Positions 60,908-64,000 of a stretch of 64,000 bases of DNA are shown piece by piece. Both the position numbers and the translations under genes were made by a program. Location: the NCBI RefSeq assembly GCF_039654945.1, contig NW_027361819.1, positions 4,278,001-4,342,000 on the forward strand, given 5' to 3'. Position 1 is the first letter of the stretch; every line of letters starts with the position of its first letter. The stretch comes from Dendrobates tinctorius. Lineage: Eukaryota. The notes under the pieces are model-generated. The model saw nothing but the letters and a program-made list of their open reading frames with translations. It did not search any database and was not told the origin of the DNA.

Positions 60908-62851
60908 GATAACTGAAGGTCAGCCTGCGAAAAATGTAAGAGATCAGTTACTACTGCATGAACAGATGGACACCGTCCTAAAGAAAAGTATAAAAACTGA
61001 GCACTGTGCAATAATATAACGAGGCGCTCATGCCACAGCGAGATACGGACCTTCGAGAAGAGACAAGGGGACAACTAGGGAAGAACAGGGAAGAGTTTTC
61101 CTGGCTGACCAAGGGGAAGCCAGCAAAAGAGGCAACCATGGATGGACAAGGGGGTGGGAAGAAAAAAAAAAAGTTAGAGATGAGGACAAAGGGGTGGCTG
61201 CAGACAAATACCAATGAAAAAAACATGGTGGCTCAGTGGTTATTACTGTAGTCTTGCAGTCCTGGGTTCAAATCCCACCTAGGACAACATCTGCAAGGCG
61301 TCTATGTTCTCCCCCTGTTCCATGGATTTCCTCCAGGTTCTCCGGTTTCCTCTCAGTCTAAAGACATACTGATAAGTAATCTAGATTGTGAGCCCCAATG
61401 GGGACAGCAATGATAATGTCTGTAAAGCTGTGGAATTAATGGTGCCATACAATAGAGGAAAATAGATAAAAATAAGATTGGGGTGAGGGGCAAGCAAGAT
61501 GGTTAGAGTAGATGACATAGTGAAAGACAAGGGGTGGCAACAAAGCAGGAGGCACCCTAGGGGGAATAGGGAAAGAGTGGAGAAGGCGGCCCTCAAGTAG
61601 AGATAAGGGAAGGATGCAGAAGAGGACAGAGGATATTTAAAAGAACGAAGGGAAAAAAAAAAAAACAAAACAAAAAAAAAAAAAAACACAAGCAAGGCCA
61701 TGTGCCAACATAGTGATTCCTGAGCAGAATTGCACACGCTGCTCCCGTGAAGACACATGCGGTTTTTGACGCGCCTTTTTAAGCGTTTGTCAAGCGTTTT
61801 TGCCCATACAATTGATGGTATGTGGACTCGCACGCGATTCCACAAAATTGATGAACATGCTGCTCTTTACCGATAAGTGATTCCACAGCGGTAAAAAACG
61901 CACCATTGGCACAACATGTGCATTCTCAGTTAGGAATCCATGGAATGCATTTAAGCGTTTCTGCGGCAGAATCGTGCATTTAAAATCGCCGCGGAAACGC
62001 TTAATAAGCGCTCCGTGGGCACACAGCCTCAAGGTTTCAAAGGACAAGGTCATCGAAGAACAAGGGAAAAGGTTGGAGAAGAGAGACGAGCGCTGCAGAG
62101 GAAGACACTCCGGAGGAGGAGCCAACACTAGCGGGGTTTCACCACAACGCTCAGTTTATTCAATAGCTCTTGGAATAAAATAAAAGTTCCATAATTAGAT
62201 GTGATTAACAAAAACAAAAAAAAACAAAAACAGATACATGCAATCTCAGGGGAGATTATAAAACCTGAACTAAAGCGATATTTGCAGCGCGGAGCTTTAA
62301 CAGATCAGGTGCAGATTGAATTTTGTACGATAACTGAGAAGACACTGGATTAAAGACTTCATTGTTCGATGATCGTTAAACTCCCCAAGACCATGTTCAC
62401 ATGTTGCATTTTTTGCAGCTTTTTTAAATAAAAAAAATAAAGTCTGCGCTTAACATCTCCAGCAAAAGCCCTGAGGTCACAGATCTCCTGCACGCTGGGT
62501 TTTTGTTCCAGACTGAGAACTGAGATCTGCGGCACCTTAGAAATCAGTGAGAAAGTTAAGGGAAAAAAAAAAGTGACCCACAGGCTTCGCTGGCTGCATT
62601 TTGGGGTGATCAAATCATGCACTGTAATGAGTTACATAATCAGCACAAAAAAAACCAAAACACAACAACAACGTATGAACATAGTCCAAGGACACTGTGC
62701 AACACCACTGCACCAACAGGGGGCGCCACCCTGGTGCCTACAATCATACTGCAGGCAAAGCCCCCCCCATCTCTGGGTCACAGCAGAACCAAGAGCCCTG
62801 ACCCACAATCCCCAGCACTCACCTTCTATGTGGAGTCCAGCACAAGGCTGA

Positions 62852-64000
62852 GGACAGAACGAACAGAACCGGCGCAGCCTCCTGCTGATTTATAGGCACC
62901 TGGGCCCAATGGGTGGAGCGCTGGTCTTAGGCCTCTTTCACACTTCAGTCTTTTTTGCATCAGTCACAATCCGTCAAAATGTGAAAACACGGATCCAGTG
63001 CAGATTGTCCAAAAATTGGTGCACCGGATCCGTTTTATTCGACGGATCCATTGCAGCAGCCACTGTAGGAAATTTAAAGGAATGGGAGTCGTTCGTTCGA
63101 GGGAGAGAGAGAGAAAGAGAACTTTCTGTGCCAGAACGGCTTCCTTCTGGGCATGCTCAGGTGAAAAAGCGGAATCCGTTGCTGGATTCCGTCATGTGAC
63201 AGACGGTGACGGATCCGTCACACATAGGCGTCCATTACTGCAGACGACGGACGGCGATCCGTTGCTGTCCGACTTTTCAACAGAGACAAAAAATGTTCCT
63301 ATGGGCGTTTCCCCCGACTTTCCGACGGATCAGTCGCATGATGGACGAAACAGATGTCCATCCATCGCAATCCGTCAGCAATACAAGTCTATGGGGAAAA
63401 AGACGGATCCAGCGGACAAATCTGTCGGATCCGTATTTTTCTCCTAACGACGGATTTTGACTGACGCCAAAAGACTGAAGTGTGAAACAGGCCTTAGGAG
63501 ACAGAACATGTGCTCGGCTGCTCTCACATCTCTGTCTCGTGCTCCACCTCTCTCACATCTCTGTCTCGTGCTCCACCTCTCTCACGGCTCTGTCGTGTGC
63601 TCCTCCGCTCTCAGGGCTCTGTCGTGCGCTCCTCCGCTCTCAGGGCTCTGTCGTGCGCTCCTCCGCTCTCAGGGCTCTGTCGTGTGCTCCACCGCTCTCA
63701 CGGCTCTGTCGTGCGCTCCTCCGCTCTCAGGGCTCTGTCGTGCGCTCCTCCGCTCTCAGGGCTCTGTCGTGTGCTCCACCGCTCTCACAGCTCTGTCGTG
63801 TGCTCCACCGCTCTCACGGCTCTGTCATGTGCTCCACCGCTCTCACGGCTCTGTCGTGTGCTCCACCGCTCTCAGGGCTCTGTCGTGTGCTCCACCGCTC
63901 TCAGGGCTCTGTCGTGGCTCCACCGCTCTCACGGCTCTGTCGTGTGCTCCACCGCTCTCACGGCTCTGTCGTGTGCTTCACCGCTCTCAGGGCTCTGTCG
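62852..64000. repeat. Start of tandem unit 3 (truncated by window)
   Basis: Same MITE and minisatellite start as units 1 and 2, with private SNPs and a different order of minisatellite variants. Confidence 0.93.

Larger units (their letters stand above)
31375..62851. repeat. Tandem segmental duplication, unit 2
   Basis: Collinear near-identical copy of 1-31374. The offset drifts 31374 to ~31580 to 31477, mainly through minisatellite and homopolymer length changes. Confidence 0.97.

Overview
Vertebrate genomic DNA, probably frog (inferred from the repeat families). The window is a head-to-tail tandem array with a ~31.4 kb period: 1-31374, 31375-62851, and the start of a third copy at 62852. 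Each full unit carries one minus-strand gene. A 94-codon CARD/death-fold exon (29152-29434; 60625-60907) can splice in frame, across a ~13.5 kb transposon-filled intron, onto a 4.7 kb exon (10842-15550; 42415-47123). That exon encodes an intact very large inducible GTPase of the GVIN1/VLIG/URGCP family. The predicted product is a ~1663 aa CARD + pseudo-GTPase + GTPase + helical + Cys/His-tail protein, a candidate innate-immune sensor/adaptor in a recently amplified array. The two paralogues have identical CARDs and GTPase cores but differ at 22 residues, mostly C-terminal to the GTPase. The rest is mobile DNA (a decayed R4/Rex6-like RLE retrotransposon, solo LTRs, hAT and Harbinger-like MITEs, L2, V-SINE), three minisatellites (one made of CTCF-like motifs) and a 135 bp near-perfect palindrome. 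Most ORFs in the supplied track are spurious. All family assignments come from motif recognition by eye, not database searches.
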